Assembly: GCA_048128005.1 (NCBI GenBank)
Contig: JBEUKZ010000112.1
Span: forward strand, 682,001-746,000
Length of the DNA stretch: 64,000 nt
Source of the DNA: Veleropilina oligotropha
Taxonomy: Eukaryota
Direction of reading: 5' to 3'
Both the position numbers and the translations under genes were made by a program. The number at the start of each line of letters is the position of its first letter. Position 1 is the first letter of the stretch. The notes below the pieces were generated by a model. That model did no database searches. It was given only the letters and a program-made list of their open reading frames with translations, and had not been told where the DNA came from. Below, piece after piece: positions 36,728-49,195 of this stretch.

Positions 36728-38491
36728 ATGTATAATATTCGTGTACGGAAGAAGGAACGGAGAGCTTTGCTTATTTGCGCGGCACTAACTGTGATTTTGT
36801 TCATATTGTTAGGGTTCTCTGGATTTTGGTCGCCACCAGATCCCTTGGGGCCACAGATCACGACAAAAATCGTAGGCAAGACTGTGCAGAAAATAGATGT
36901 TCGAAACAACGGGCAAATGGGAAACAGGTTCGCAAGCGGTAACGGATGTTACAACGTGACGCTAGCAGATGATGATGATAGACAATGGAAGCAAATTATC
37001 AAAGATGTTTTCATGTACTCCGCATTCATCGACAGAAAGTGGGGTAAAACGCCTCAACCTCTCGTCAGAATAATCGCCGTCAAGTTAAAACGCAATAATC
37101 CAAAACTGTATTGCCAGTTATGGTATGAAGATGCGCATGTCGAAATCGTAAAAGCAGAGTTTGAGGGTATCCCAGAAGGACACAGATTCAGGTATATATT
37201 GTTTTCAGAATGAGAAGCATGTACCGGTACAACAGAAACTAATTATATATACTCACGTTTGCGCAAAAGGATGCCTGTCGAGCATGTATTTTGAACATAA
37301 AGTGTAATACAAAATTGCTGTTTTCAGTCTTCGATAGTATCCAACGTTATAGGTATCAAAAGTTATGTTATAAATATTGGCATCAGTTTGAAGAGATCAA
37401 AGGCAAAGCTACTGTGGACATAAATAATTAGATTATTGGTAATATAATTATAGTGAGTAAATACTAGAGCGATCTGCATATACTTAGCAGATGTAATTTT
37501 AAATAATTAAAGTTAATAAATCTGCAGCATATGAAGCATGTTTTACTGGTATAGTTTTCTTTTCAGGTACGCGGCTACTTTCATCAAGTGTCAATTTCGC
37601 CAGAATACCAAGCCTATCGCCGTGTCTCTGGTTGCAGGAGAATGCGAAAATGCCAGTAACGTTCTAATGATAGAGAAAGAACATGACAGTGACAGTTTCA
37701 AGGAGAGTGAATCTTCAATGTTCAGGGTTTGTGTATCGCCGTTGAATCGCAGCTACAGACGTACCGAAGAATTCATCCATATGGTGGAGATGAATAGGCT
37801 GTTTGGGGGAAACAAATTTACATTTTATAACCACAGTGTTGCTTCTAATGTTGCATCTTTTATTGAGCAATACCAAAAAGAGGGTTTAGTTGACCTCTTG
37901 CAGTGGGACATACCAGTCAGCGTAGAGGGATCTGGTCACCCACCGGAAATTCATTATTTCGGCCAATTGGCAATGCTAAATGATTGTTTAATTCGTTATC
38001 GATATGTTAACAAATATATAGCTTTTATAGATTTGGATGAAATCCTCGTTCCTCGCTCTCATGGAACATGGCTAGATTTAATCCAAAGCATTTCAAATCA
38101 CCATCAGTATTCAGATTTCGTTTTTCCGAATACGTTTTTTCCTATGGAGTGGCCTAATATAACGGAAGACTTTCCTGGTAAAAATATAGCAGAGAAATAT
38201 AATATTCTTGGCCTTTTAAAAGCTACACGCGAAACTAAAATATTTGAACACGGGCTACGATCAAAGCTGATTGTGCGTCCTGATTTGGTGAAGGTCATGG
38301 GAATTCACCAAACATGGACCGGAGAAAAAAGCTATCACGTGCCAAGCTCTCTTGGACTACTTCATCATTACCGACGGTCGTTCGACTCCATAAACAGAAG
38401 CCCAAATGTCACCGACAAATATATTCACGCTTTTCGAGAAATGATACTGGAACGCATCACCAGCCGATGGGAGACAGTAGGCCTACTGTAA
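36728..38491 (+). CDS. Glycosyltransferase family 92 (DUF23, galt-1-like) type II membrane protein; exons 36728-37191 and 37567-38491; 462 aa
   Basis: Short basic N-tail plus TM helix; phase-2 GT-AG intron; motifs YSAFID, LYCQLWY, VCVSPL, YFGQLAMLNDCL, DxD in FIDLDEIL, RSKLIVRP, GIH, LHHYR. Confidence 0.9.
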
Positions 38492-38801
38492 ATGGCGTCA
38501 TAACACTTGTATCACTTGTACTGACATCTTGCAACCCTCGATCGATCGTCACTCATATTGTCATTATACTCAAACATTGTTGAAACAGCGCAATTGTCGC
38601 GTGCAACACTTTTTGTATAATTAAACTTTTGGCCCGTCGTTTATCTAACCATATTGTTAGTTAAACCACGGAAAACTACTTTCCTACACTAATAATGAGT
38701 TTGTTAGTTTATTAAAATTATAAAATTTAAATTAGTTTACATTTTTGAAATGGTGTAAATCTGTTATATCGTCCGGTTTTTGTTGTCTAATCGAAGAAGC
38801 T

Positions 38802-39090
38802 TGGCCGCTTCGACAGTCGTGTGGTATCGGTTGTGGACTCCGAAAAATCACTGACTCGATTCCGCTGACGCGAACAGTAGACTAATGGGTTCAAACCTCG
38901 GCAGGGACATCACACATATGTTAAAGTTATGAATCACAGTTGTCCGTAACTGGTCGGATTGGACTAGTTTTCCCGGGTCGCCCGAGTTTTCCTTCCGCGA
39001 TAATATGGACATGTCCTGCTTTGAACAAAATGATGGTTGGAAATATACATGATATTAAATTAAGCATCGATCCTTTTCTTTCCTTTTTAA
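38802..39090 (+). mobile_element. V-SINE-like element
   Basis: Same family as 35712-35984 (ggccgcttcg...tccgctgacgcgaacagtag...tttcccgggtcgccc). Confidence 0.8.
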
Positions 39091-39239
39091 TAGGAGGTTT
39101 AACTTCAGGCTTCTCCGATAACACAACATATACCTCGTGTTATAACCTATACTTATAGACCCACACAAGTCTAGATATAAGCGATCGATAAGACAACAAA
39201 CCTCATGGTATGACATGTACTTATAGACCCACATACGCT

Positions 39240-40672
39240 CAGACAATATATATCCCAAATTGCTGAAAGCCGGTAAGGAAGAATTAGTAAAGCCATTAAC
39301 CATGATATTCAATAAATCATTAAAAGAAGGAAGTTTGCCTGATGACTGGAAAATTGGTAATATTACCCCAATCTTTAAGAAGGGAAGTAGGTCAAACACC
39401 CAAAATTATCGACCTATTAGTCTGACATCAATAGTAGGCAAGATCATGGAATCTATCTTAAAGGATGCTATCTTAAAACACATTAATAAATTTGACTTGC
39501 TAAACCTTAGTTAGCATGGGTTTATGGCGAAACGGTCTTGTTTAACCAACTTACTGGAATTTTTTGAAGATGTAACAACCGCCATAGATACGGGCAAACC
39601 AGTTGATATAATATATCTTGATTTTCAAAAGGCATTCGACAAAGTACCACATAAACGGCTGATACAAAAATTAAGTAACCATGGTCTGAAAGGTCCAATA
39701 TTAAACTGGATAAGGATGTGGCTAGAAAATAGAAAACAGAGGGTTGTAATAAATGGGATCAAGTCAAAGTGGGAGCCGGTACTAAGTGGAGTCCCACAAG
39801 GTTCTGTTTTGGGCCCATTGCTGTTTCTTATATATTTAAATGACATTGATGACGTCATTACGTCTCTTGTAAAAAAGTTTGCAGACGATACCAAATTGTA
39901 CAGAATTGTTGAAACTGAAGAAGATGCAAAAACACTTCAAAGTGATTTAAACAATCTGGTAAAATGGTCAGAGGATTGGCAAATGCTTTTTAACACCAGT
40001 AAATGTAAGGTATTGCATGCGGGTTATAACAACAAAAGTTTCAATTATAAAATGGGTTCAGATACCTTAGAAGTAGTAACAAAAGAGAAAGATTTGGGTG
40101 TATGGGTAGACAATACGTTTAAACCATCAAATCAATGTGCAGAATCAGCTAAAAAGGGAAATCAAATATTGGGAATGATAAAGAGAAACTTTAATTTTAA
40201 ATCCAGAGTCATCATAACACGCTTATACAAGCAAATGGTTAGACCGCATTTAGAATATGCAGTGCAAGCATGGAGCCCATATCTTGCAAAGGATATCAAA
40301 ATTCTTGAACAAGTTCAAAGAAGAGCCACAAAATTGATAGGCGAATTGAGAGAATTACCTTATGAGGATAGACTAAGAGCACTTAACCTCACAACATTGT
40401 CTTTGAGAAGGACACGGGGGGATATGATTCAGGTATTTAAAATGTTTACAGGAATTGACAATGTTTACAGTACTTTCTTTTTTCAGATGAACCAAAGACC
40501 GACCAGGGGCCATAAATACAAAGTTTACAAAAAAAGATTCCGACTCGACGTTAGGAAACACTTTTTCTCAAATCGGGTTGTCGATGAATGGAACAGTCTT
40601 CCTAGTAATGTAGTAGAATCAACATCTGTAAGCCAATTTAAAAACCGCATAGATGATTATTTTAACAAATAG
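39240..40672 (+). mobile_element. 5'-truncated CR1-clade LINE, RT ORF with one in-frame stop (39512-39514)
   Basis: NYRPISLTS, DFQKAFDKV, GVPQGSVLGP, KFADD, RPHLEY, RRTRGDMI, TRGHKYK, FFSNRVV.EWNSLP. Confidence 0.93.
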
Positions 40673-41800
40673 GGCAGGCTATAGATGCATGACCAGAAAC
40701 GAAAACGGGTTTTAATATGAGTGGCAGTAATGCACTTCCTAAACCCAAACAAATTCTATTTAAAAGACATATTTGTCATGAATATTCCTTGTTTCAGTAA
40801 TACTATATATATACCAGACCGTAATGCGTCTGACGATCAATCCCTTTACAACAGACTACACAAATGTTTACAAAATCTCCCTGTATACGCTATGCATTGC
40901 TAAAACACGAAAGTTATGTAAGTATTCTTATATATATGTATATTCCCTGGCGCATTATTTAATAAAATAAAAATCGACATTCTTACTACAACAAGATTCG
41001 ATGAGCGAAGCATTTGTCTCGCTATCGGTATAGCCGTCAAACACGTAGAGTAGAGCGATTGCACATTAATTTTGTGCAATCGTTCGCCGCGTTAAACAGA
41101 GTGAGAGAGATTACAGTTATATAAGTATTAGTAGCTAAAACATATACTTAATCCATTTTGACCTAGTTTTCTTTTGTTATAACTGTTGATTATTCTACAC
41201 GAATCCACTGCTTAAAAGACCAATTAAACAAGCATTATGTGCATTAATTCCATGCTATGGACGATTCCATTCCAGAAAGTGAGGAAAGCATATTTAACGC
41301 ATACTAGTAATCCCAAGAGTTCGATTTAACTGCGGGCGAGTCTATTCTAGAAGACAACACTTTTGCACTGAAAACAAACTTCAAGCACATTAAATTCGTT
41401 ACCTAAAAAAAAATGCAATACACGTTTAACGTTCAGAAGAATCAAGCAATACTCCATATAATGTTGTTGTTCATATGAACGATTTTCCATTGCTTTTCTT
41501 TGAAGCGAACACCGGGAGCTATTTAAATATTATATCACAGAAATGTCGTTTAAATACAATATATATTTGCAATATTATACAGTTTACCTCACAGGGACTC
41601 GTAACATTCGCCGCTCGAAGAGCGGCCGGCAGCCATCTTACTTATAAAAAATAAAGGGAAGTAATGCACCAAAATACATGCATCGGCAGATAAACAGCTG
41701 TACCGTACCGCTATCCCGAAATGGCAATATTTAGATCAACCTTCGTCAACAAATGGCTACTCTTTCATTTCGTATATGTTATGACATTTATATGTGGAAT

Positions 41801-42862
41801 AATATGTTGTAGGTAGCACCTAGATACGAACGCAGAATAGAGATTATACATACATTTTTTTTATGAAATCCGTACCCTGCGATGTAATGTTTGCTTAATT
41901 TTGAAACACGTCTGTTATTCATAACGTCTAGTGTAAGCCGACACCCATTCCGCGACGTCGCACATTGTTGCTACGCACATTCTTTGACGTCACTTGTTAA
42001 AAACTACACATATTCCGCGACGTCACTCATTGTTGCTTAGCTACGCATTTTCGCCGACGTCACAATTTTTCAAAACATCACGCCATTCTTGTAGCAAAAG
42101 AGATATGCATAGATGAGAGTATTGGGTTTATATCAATTTGTCGCGTTATTAGTGACCATCCGGTTCAAGTTGCAAGGATATGCACAGGTATGTGTAGATA
42201 TTGTGGTCATGTCCCTAATCTATAGGACGATCTTCGTTCGTTAATATGTTGTAGGTAGCACCTAGATACGAACGCAGAATAGAGATTATACATATTTTTT
42301 TTATGAAATCCGTACCCTGCGATGTAATGTTTGCTTAATTTTGAAACACGTCTTTTATTCATAACATCTAGTGTAAGCCGACACCCATTCCGCGACGTCG
42401 CACATTGTTGCTACGCACATTCTCTGACGTCACTTGTTAAAAACTACACCTATTCCGCGACGTCACCCGTTGTTGCTTAGCTACGCATTTTCGCCGACGT
42501 CACAATTTTTCAAAATATCACGCCATTCTTGTAGCAAAAGAGATATGCATAGATGAGAGTATTGGGTTTATATCAATTTGTCGCGTTATTAGTGTTATTG
42601 TACTTGGATAATTTGAAGTTTAAAATCGGCCGTTGTCCCATAATTACGTTGTTTTGCATATCTCGATGGTGCGAGATTTTGGTACTCCAATAAAAATAGA
42701 TCAACTAGATCGAGTGGTGAACACAAAACATTCGATACATGGCTGACTGGAGTTTGCGCAGTGGTCAATTCGTGACCATCCGGTTCAAGTTGCAAGGATA
42801 TGCACAGGTATGTGTAGATATTGTGGTCGTGTCCCTAATCTATAGGACGATCTTCGTTCGTT
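41801..42862. repeat. Tandem duplication of a ~440-bp unit; second copy carries ~180 extra bp
   Basis: aatatgttgtaggtagcacc starts at 41801 and 42243; copies are near-identical; extra segment at ~42595-42774. Confidence 0.93.
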
Positions 42863-43075
42863 ATTACCCAAAACGGCACCTCGATCGCCTATCCGTCCGT
42901 CAAAATTGTGATTAAATTGAAAAATATCGGGCCCAGACCAACTGTAAACCAATATAATCGCATAGAATCAATGAACATACCTTTCGTTTTGTTCTGAAAC
43001 AAATTTCGCGAAGATATGATCGATATATGATCAAATGATAGACTTTTATTGAAATTATTATTGTAACTGGGCAAT

Positions 43076-43395
43076 ATAATAATAATAATAATAATAATAA
43101 TGTGAAGATTTATCTGCGCTTTCCCACACATATGAAATGCGTGCTCAAATCGCTTACATTATTATTCCCCTGGTTATTGGCCTGTTCATTCATATTCCTT
43201 CTCAACTCTCTCTGAGAGTATTACGGTCAAGTACATGCCTGTTAGGCGCTTGACCAGTCATTCTGACATATTCTGCCACTGCCAACCAGGTACCCATTTA
43301 GATCTCAGATCGGCTTTGTGAACCGAGGCAATATATGCTTTAATTCCTTGCCCAAGGGAAGTCGCCGGGATCGGGGTTGAACCCCAAACCTCTCG
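43076..43395 (-). mobile_element. CORE-type SINE with (ATT)n tail
   Basis: Minus strand ggttcaacccc...cttgggcaagg...aaatgggtacctgg; tail at 43076-43100. Confidence 0.75.
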
Positions 43396-43684
43396 ATATA
43401 TGTTATTGTCAAGTAGAAAGCTATCTTACTTGACGAGCAGAAACCAACGCAACTGTGCTCCAACTAGTCAATTGGAAATGAACTCGGTGCGAGGTAAGTA
43501 AACGCGGACCGCGTTTTATTATTTTTAAATATTCAGTAGCGATTAATTTAAACGGAAGTAAATTACTGACGAATGTTGAGTGTTGGAAATTCCTAACTTT
43601 TTATGTTACAAACAAAAAGTGTTATGTTAGTTTTCTTTTTAAAAAAGAAAGAGCGCATTTACGGGCAATAGTCTAAGTATTGTC

Positions 43685-44120
43685 AACCTCGGCAACATTT
43701 GCAAATACAAAAATGTAACACCAAATATAAATAGCCTAAATTAGCCGTAATAATTCGATTGTGTGTATGGCGCAAACGGTTAGGGCGTTGAAATATAGAT
43801 CTAGATGGCAGGTGTTCTATTCCCGTTACCTTCAAAATGATTTTTTTTCGTTTAATTTAAATTTAATTCTAATACTGTGATATAATTTACACCGCTAAGC
43901 GCTGATACGGTAATCAACCTTTCCTGAATATTTAAGGTATATCGCTTAACTATTGTGTTATTGCGAGTTATAAACTTCGGCAAAATTTGCAAATACAAAA
44001 ATGTAACACCAAATATAAATAGCCTAAATTATCCATAGTAATTCGACTGCGTGTATGGCTCAAATGGTTAAGGTGTTGGCGAAAGATCTAGAGGTCAGGG
44101 GTTCTATTCCCGTTACCTAC
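43685..44120. repeat. Two ~288-bp-spaced direct repeats with tRNA-like A/B boxes
   Basis: tttgcaaatacaaaaatgtaacaccaaatataaatagcctaaatta occurs twice, each followed by tggc.caaa.ggtta...gttctattcccg. Confidence 0.75.
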
Positions 44121-44271
44121 AATATATTTTTTATTTTTATTTAAATTTTGTTTTTCCTTATTTTTTTTAAATTTGTGATTGACATTTTATGATTGTAATT
44201 CATGTTTAGAAATATTGATCGTAGACATTTTTGACTTTCACCATCGTCTTCCCTAGCCCCGTGGCCAGAGT

Positions 44272-44400
44272 TTTGTTACCCTCGCCTCCGGAGGAGAGGC
44301 GAGGGTATTGCAATCGGTTCCGTATGTATGTATGTATATCCGTATGTTTGTATGTATGTATGTAAGTAAGTATACTTAGCCAAAATGAAAACCTTGACAC
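44272..44400 (+). mobile_element. HINE/DINE-1-like 5' end (hairpin plus (GTAT)n); an inverted family member at ~52190-52600
   Basis: accctcgcct...aggcgagggt hairpin followed by attgcaatcggttccgtatgtatg. Confidence 0.7.
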
Positions 44401-44662
44401 ATGGTTTTTTTTAAATAAAATCGAAAAAATTTAAAATATGTGAAAATCAATAACATAACATAACAACCGTTTGAAAATCGTTAATCTTGATCAGATTGTT
44501 CTTGAAATGCACGTGCAGGACGAAATTTTCAAGAAATGTCAATTTCCGCTCTGAAATTGCTACTGTACATCATTTCTTCCGAAAGAGACAGTCATTGCGT
44601 CGTTTCGATAGTGTTTCTTCCGAAAAACATAAAGAAAGTTTTTTTAACTGGGAAATTAATCA

Positions 44663-45620
44663 ATGCCGCGTCAGGACAGGGAGCGCGCCATCGGCAGGTT
44701 AGGGGCTGGACAGTCTGTGGCGGAAGTTGCGTGAATATTTGGATGCAGTCGACAGACGATCCACAATCTGAGAACACGTCTCCAAGGAACTGGAACCACC
44801 GCAGACCGCCCACGTCCAGGTGCCCGACGTGTTACGACTCCAAATGAAGACCAACAAATCCGGTTACGTCATCTTCGGAATCATTTCGTGACGGCAACTT
44901 CAACCAGTAATGAACTCTTTCAACGTCGTGTGACACCCCAGACCACCAGAAACCGTCTTAGAGCTTCTGGCCTTCGAGCGCGAAGATAGTATACAGGATC
45001 GATATTGACTGCACTCCATCGACATCAGCGGGTTGCATGGGCTCGAGAACACCTCAGATTCATCCAGAGACAGTGGAACAGGGTCATCTTTAGTGACGAG
45101 TCTCGTTTCACACTCAGATTTGCTTATGGACGTGTTAGGGTGTGGCGTAGGAGAATGGAGCGGTATGCATCAGATTGTGTCAGGGAGATTGACAGGTTTG
45201 CAGGTGGCAGTGTCATGGTTTGGGGAGCATTCACAGCTAACGCCAGAACACCCTTGATTGTCATCCAGGGAAATCTGACGGAAGCAGAGTACAGGGGTCA
45301 GGTCCTCAATCCAGTTTTGTTGCCCTTCTACAGACAACATGGTCCTGGCCTCTCATTTCAACATGACAATGCTACGCCGCACACTGCAAGACTGACACGT
45401 AACCTGCTTCAAGCTGCAAATGTTGACGTCATGGAATGGCCATCACTTTCTCCAGATCTCAACCCCATTGAACACATCTGGGATGAGCTTGGCAGAAGGT
45501 TGAGAAGGCAGCGGGTACAGCCACGGACACTTCCGGAACTTGGCAGGGATCTGATCCACCAATGGCGCCGACTTCCGGTTAGAGTGTTCATACGTGTTCT
45601 GCAGTCCATGAGGAGACTAT
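44663..45620 (+). pseudogene. Tc1-family DD34E transposase, two in-frame stops, C-terminus cut off
   Basis: MPRQDRERAIG HTH start in frame with ORF 45005; FSDESRF, VMVWG, HDNA-34aa-E, WPSLSPDLNPIEHIW. Confidence 0.92.
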
Positions 45621-46006
45621 GAGTGTGTTTGATTTGACAACTCCCGGGTCGTGTAGAACAGGCGTCGCGCATGCGTATTTACATCAACTCGCATGTTGTA
45701 AACAAATGGGTAGAACGCACACGCGAGTGTCGAAAGATTGGTTTCCTATATCTGTGTGGGTGTCATTTTCTTTCTCCGTTCGAAATACATCCCGACTTTT
45801 GTTATTTGACATCATGGCAATAAAAGTTATTAAAATGCACTGACCGCGATCATACTTCGCCTTGCTTTAAATTTCGAGTTTTAATTTTATACCAACGCAT
45901 TCTTTTAGATCACGTATTTGAAGACTCTATTCTGTAACATACCAAATTGTAGTGATTAAAAGTCCATATTTTTCACTGTGTACTTATTTCGGATTCCTTA
46001 TTTCAG

Positions 46007-46398
46007 GGGATGGTGCCTACCTATTATCAACATTCAAGATGACTCCCTTCAAGCAAATTAGTAACCTAACTTGTGCTGAAAAGCATTACAATACCAATGT
46101 ATCATCAGCAAGACAAGTGGTGGAAAGAGCAATAGCACATCTGAAAGGTCGATTCAAACGATTGATGGATCTGGATTGCAGGAATATACAGAATGCATGC
46201 TATATCATTACATCTGCATGTATTCTACACAATTTGTGTATTGTTTCGAGGGATGATATCGGCGACTATTTTCAGGAAGGCAGTTCACAGAACACTCCTG
46301 TGAATGACTATCCTCCTGTGTTCACTAATACTGCAGCCGGAATTCAAAAGCGAAACGAGCTGGTGCAATATTTACAGGAGCTTGTTCGTCCACAGTAA
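46007..46398 (+). mobile_element. Terminal exon of a PIF/Harbinger (HARBI1-like, DDE_Tnp_4) transposase
   Basis: ttatttcag| acceptor, then GDGAY...MTPF...EKHYN...SSARQVVERAIAHLKGRFKRL...ACILHNLC; AATAAA at ~46408; upstream exons not found. Confidence 0.85.
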
Positions 46399-46899
46399 TC
46401 AGAGTAAAATAAACCATATTCATATGTCCATGCTGCCCCCCTTTGTAATGTTGTAATTTGCACAAAGTTATCTTGCTCTCATGTATGTGTGCATTGATTG
46501 GCGATTAAATATTACATGTTAGTATGGAGTAATTTGTGTTTTTTTGTCTTGTAGTTTAATGTCCAGTATCCAGCATTGATCATACTGAGACATTCCATTA
46601 TTAACGTGAAAAGGGAAAGCCTGACATATTCAGGTAATATCAGGTGAAACCCTCCCGCCTCTGCCGTTTACAGACCACCAGAGCTGACAGCCATATGGGC
46701 CTTCGACCGGATGCGACTTCAGTAAGACTGGAATTTGATAGACCCTTTACCCACTTGGACACGGAGGCGACAAGCATCCACATGAATGAATATACCACAG
46801 ACTTCACAAATGTCAAATTAATTTCGGCCAGAAAAGCACATTTTATTATGAAACACAATGATAGTGACACTAACAAATTTAACATCACGTCTTCATTGA

Positions 46900-47480
46900 C
46901 ACAAAAAAGACATTTTGAATACTTGAATTGATTAAACACGCTTAATAGTACTTTATAATCAGTATAAAGAACCCATCTTTACTAGAATTATTACATACAA
47001 TAGCCGATGTCTCATCCTTAATTGATTAAACCTGGTTGATAATACTAATTAATAATAATTATAAAGAACCAACCTTTAAAGTAATAAACTTAAAATAAGA
47101 AACATTTAGTTATTCACCAAATGACGATATTATTACATACAATAGATGATATCTCACCTTTATTTGATTAAACACGTTTAATAATATTTCATAAGTATAA
47201 AGGACCAACCTTTACAGTAATAAACTTAACATTTGGGTATTTACTAAATGAAAATAAATATTACATACACTAACTGATAATAATAATAAGTAAAACAAAA
47301 CAACCTTTACAGTACTGTAATTAAAAAAGACATTTTGAGTACTCTAATTGATTAAAACATGTTTAATAATAATTTATAATAAGTATAAAGAACCAACCTT
47401 TACAGTTATAAACTTAAAATAAGAAGCATTTTAGTATTCATTAAATGACTAGAATTATTACATAAAATAGATGATCTCTC
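46900..47480. repeat. AT-rich degenerate tandem repeats, 4-5 copies
   Basis: ttgattaaac...tataaagaaccaaccttta motif recurs. Confidence 0.7.
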
Positions 47481-47748
47481 TCATCTATGATTAATATTCA
47501 TGTAAGTTTCAAAAACATGTCTCACCCCATCTGTATAATACATTCAACATCATCAATGGTATTTATATAGTGCACTATGACAAAAAAATTACTTTCAGGA
47601 TCAATACTTCAAATAGAAATAAATTATTTTTGGGATCACAATTAAACAAAAATGTCTGATATATCTTAAACTGACAAGTAACAAAGAAATGGTAATTCTT
47701 TAACAACATTAGCACCTTAGCAATAACAATTCAGCAAAGATGCGTTTG

Positions 47749-48113
47749 CTAATATTTTCCAGAAGGGAATGGGCAACTGTATACCCTACGGTTATATTTG
47801 AGCAAGGTTCGAGATAAGGAATCGGTTATATTATGGCCAAATGTTACTTTCCCACACATTGAATTAACCATATCTCCCCATTGAAGTTGCACTCCTGGTT
47901 TTGACATATTAACATGACCTGTAATAAATTTAACACCCTTTCGAAGTGCTAAGAGATTTGTCACGAACACATGAGTCAAATTGTTGCAATTCTTATGTGT
48001 AGCCAATGTGTCAAGATTTGGCATATGTGCAATAATTTTCAACAATAAATTAAAAGGTATTTGAATGTCACAGAGTTCAAGAGTCTTCAATTTTAGCAAG
48101 CCTCCCTTCCCAA
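47749..48113 (-). CDS. Putative terminal exon of an LRR-like protein, convergent with the Harbinger transposase
   Basis: Open for ~120 codons in AT-rich DNA; attgtag| acceptor; LKLKTLEL and MPNLDTL fit LRR spacing. Confidence 0.4.
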
Positions 48114-49195
48114 CTACAATTTTTATAAACCTCAGTGCGTCTTTGTTTGTGCATTATTCGATCCTTTGATAATCAATGATTTTAATGAAGACATCTGTGA
48201 CATGTTTTATTAGGCCTATATATTCTAAATTTAATTATTGAATTTTTTTTTAGTCATTCTAAGTCTTGTCAGGCTTACGCCATTTTGTCCTAATTCAACA
48301 AATTATTTAAATATATGACGATGTACGAGATTACAAAATATTTGGTTACATAATATGGCAAACTAGGCACTAACTCCTGACGTTCGATGTGTCAATTTAT
48401 CACCACTGCCAACGTTATACCACAGTTACCAGTTATGATAAATTTCCATATTGGATAATTGATATGCATAATATTTAACAATGGAGTAGGTGTGTGTGCG
48501 CGCGTGTGCGTGATGTAATCAAAACGCAAATGCGTTTTATTTACAAAATGATATTATATACATGCCTACATGTCAAAGCATTACATATATTGCATATATA
48601 CCTTCACTATGACTCGAATACAGAAACGTGCGTTTAGATCGAAGACCATTGGCCGATTATAAAATATGGGATTGTTCGTATTGGTTGATATATGTCACGT
48701 GGTTGCAATTCCGTACTCTTTCGATAATTGTCTACAAGTACGGAATAGTTCTAATTGGTTTATCGATGTGTGCATATCACGTGGTTTAAAATTCTGTATT
48801 AATAACCATGAAAGACGGCGGCATTATGTCCTTTTCAATAATTTCATGAATGCAAACTATAATATTTACTTCCATATTTTAAAAGATTACCGAACCCTGC
48901 TTATAATACTGTTACACTGATCCTAATGACAATAGGATATATCCTAACTTTAAAAAGGTCAAATTAAAGCATATGACATGTAGGCTTATATATGCATTTT
49001 GAAGTAGCTTTTCGTTTGACCATTTTTTCCTTTATCTGCATACGCATAATATTTATGCATTATGCATAATCGTTGGCATTTAATGCACAGATGCATAGTA
49101 TTTTATACAATCCACGTAAAGGGATACTTTGTAAATTAAGAGTAACCGAGTTATTGCCCTTTGTTTGATTGCCGTCAGTTTTTGTTTACAAATAC

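Noticed and set aside
46007..46398. Domesticated host HARBI1 gene
   Set aside because: Only the terminal exon is present, embedded among other transposon fragments, with no upstream exons found.
46500..46939. ORFs 46640-46939 (minus), 46644-46931 (plus) and a CEVC...H..C motif in another minus frame as the Harbinger second gene
   Set aside because: No recognisable Myb/SANT domain, and the Cys-motif frame is closed by stops.
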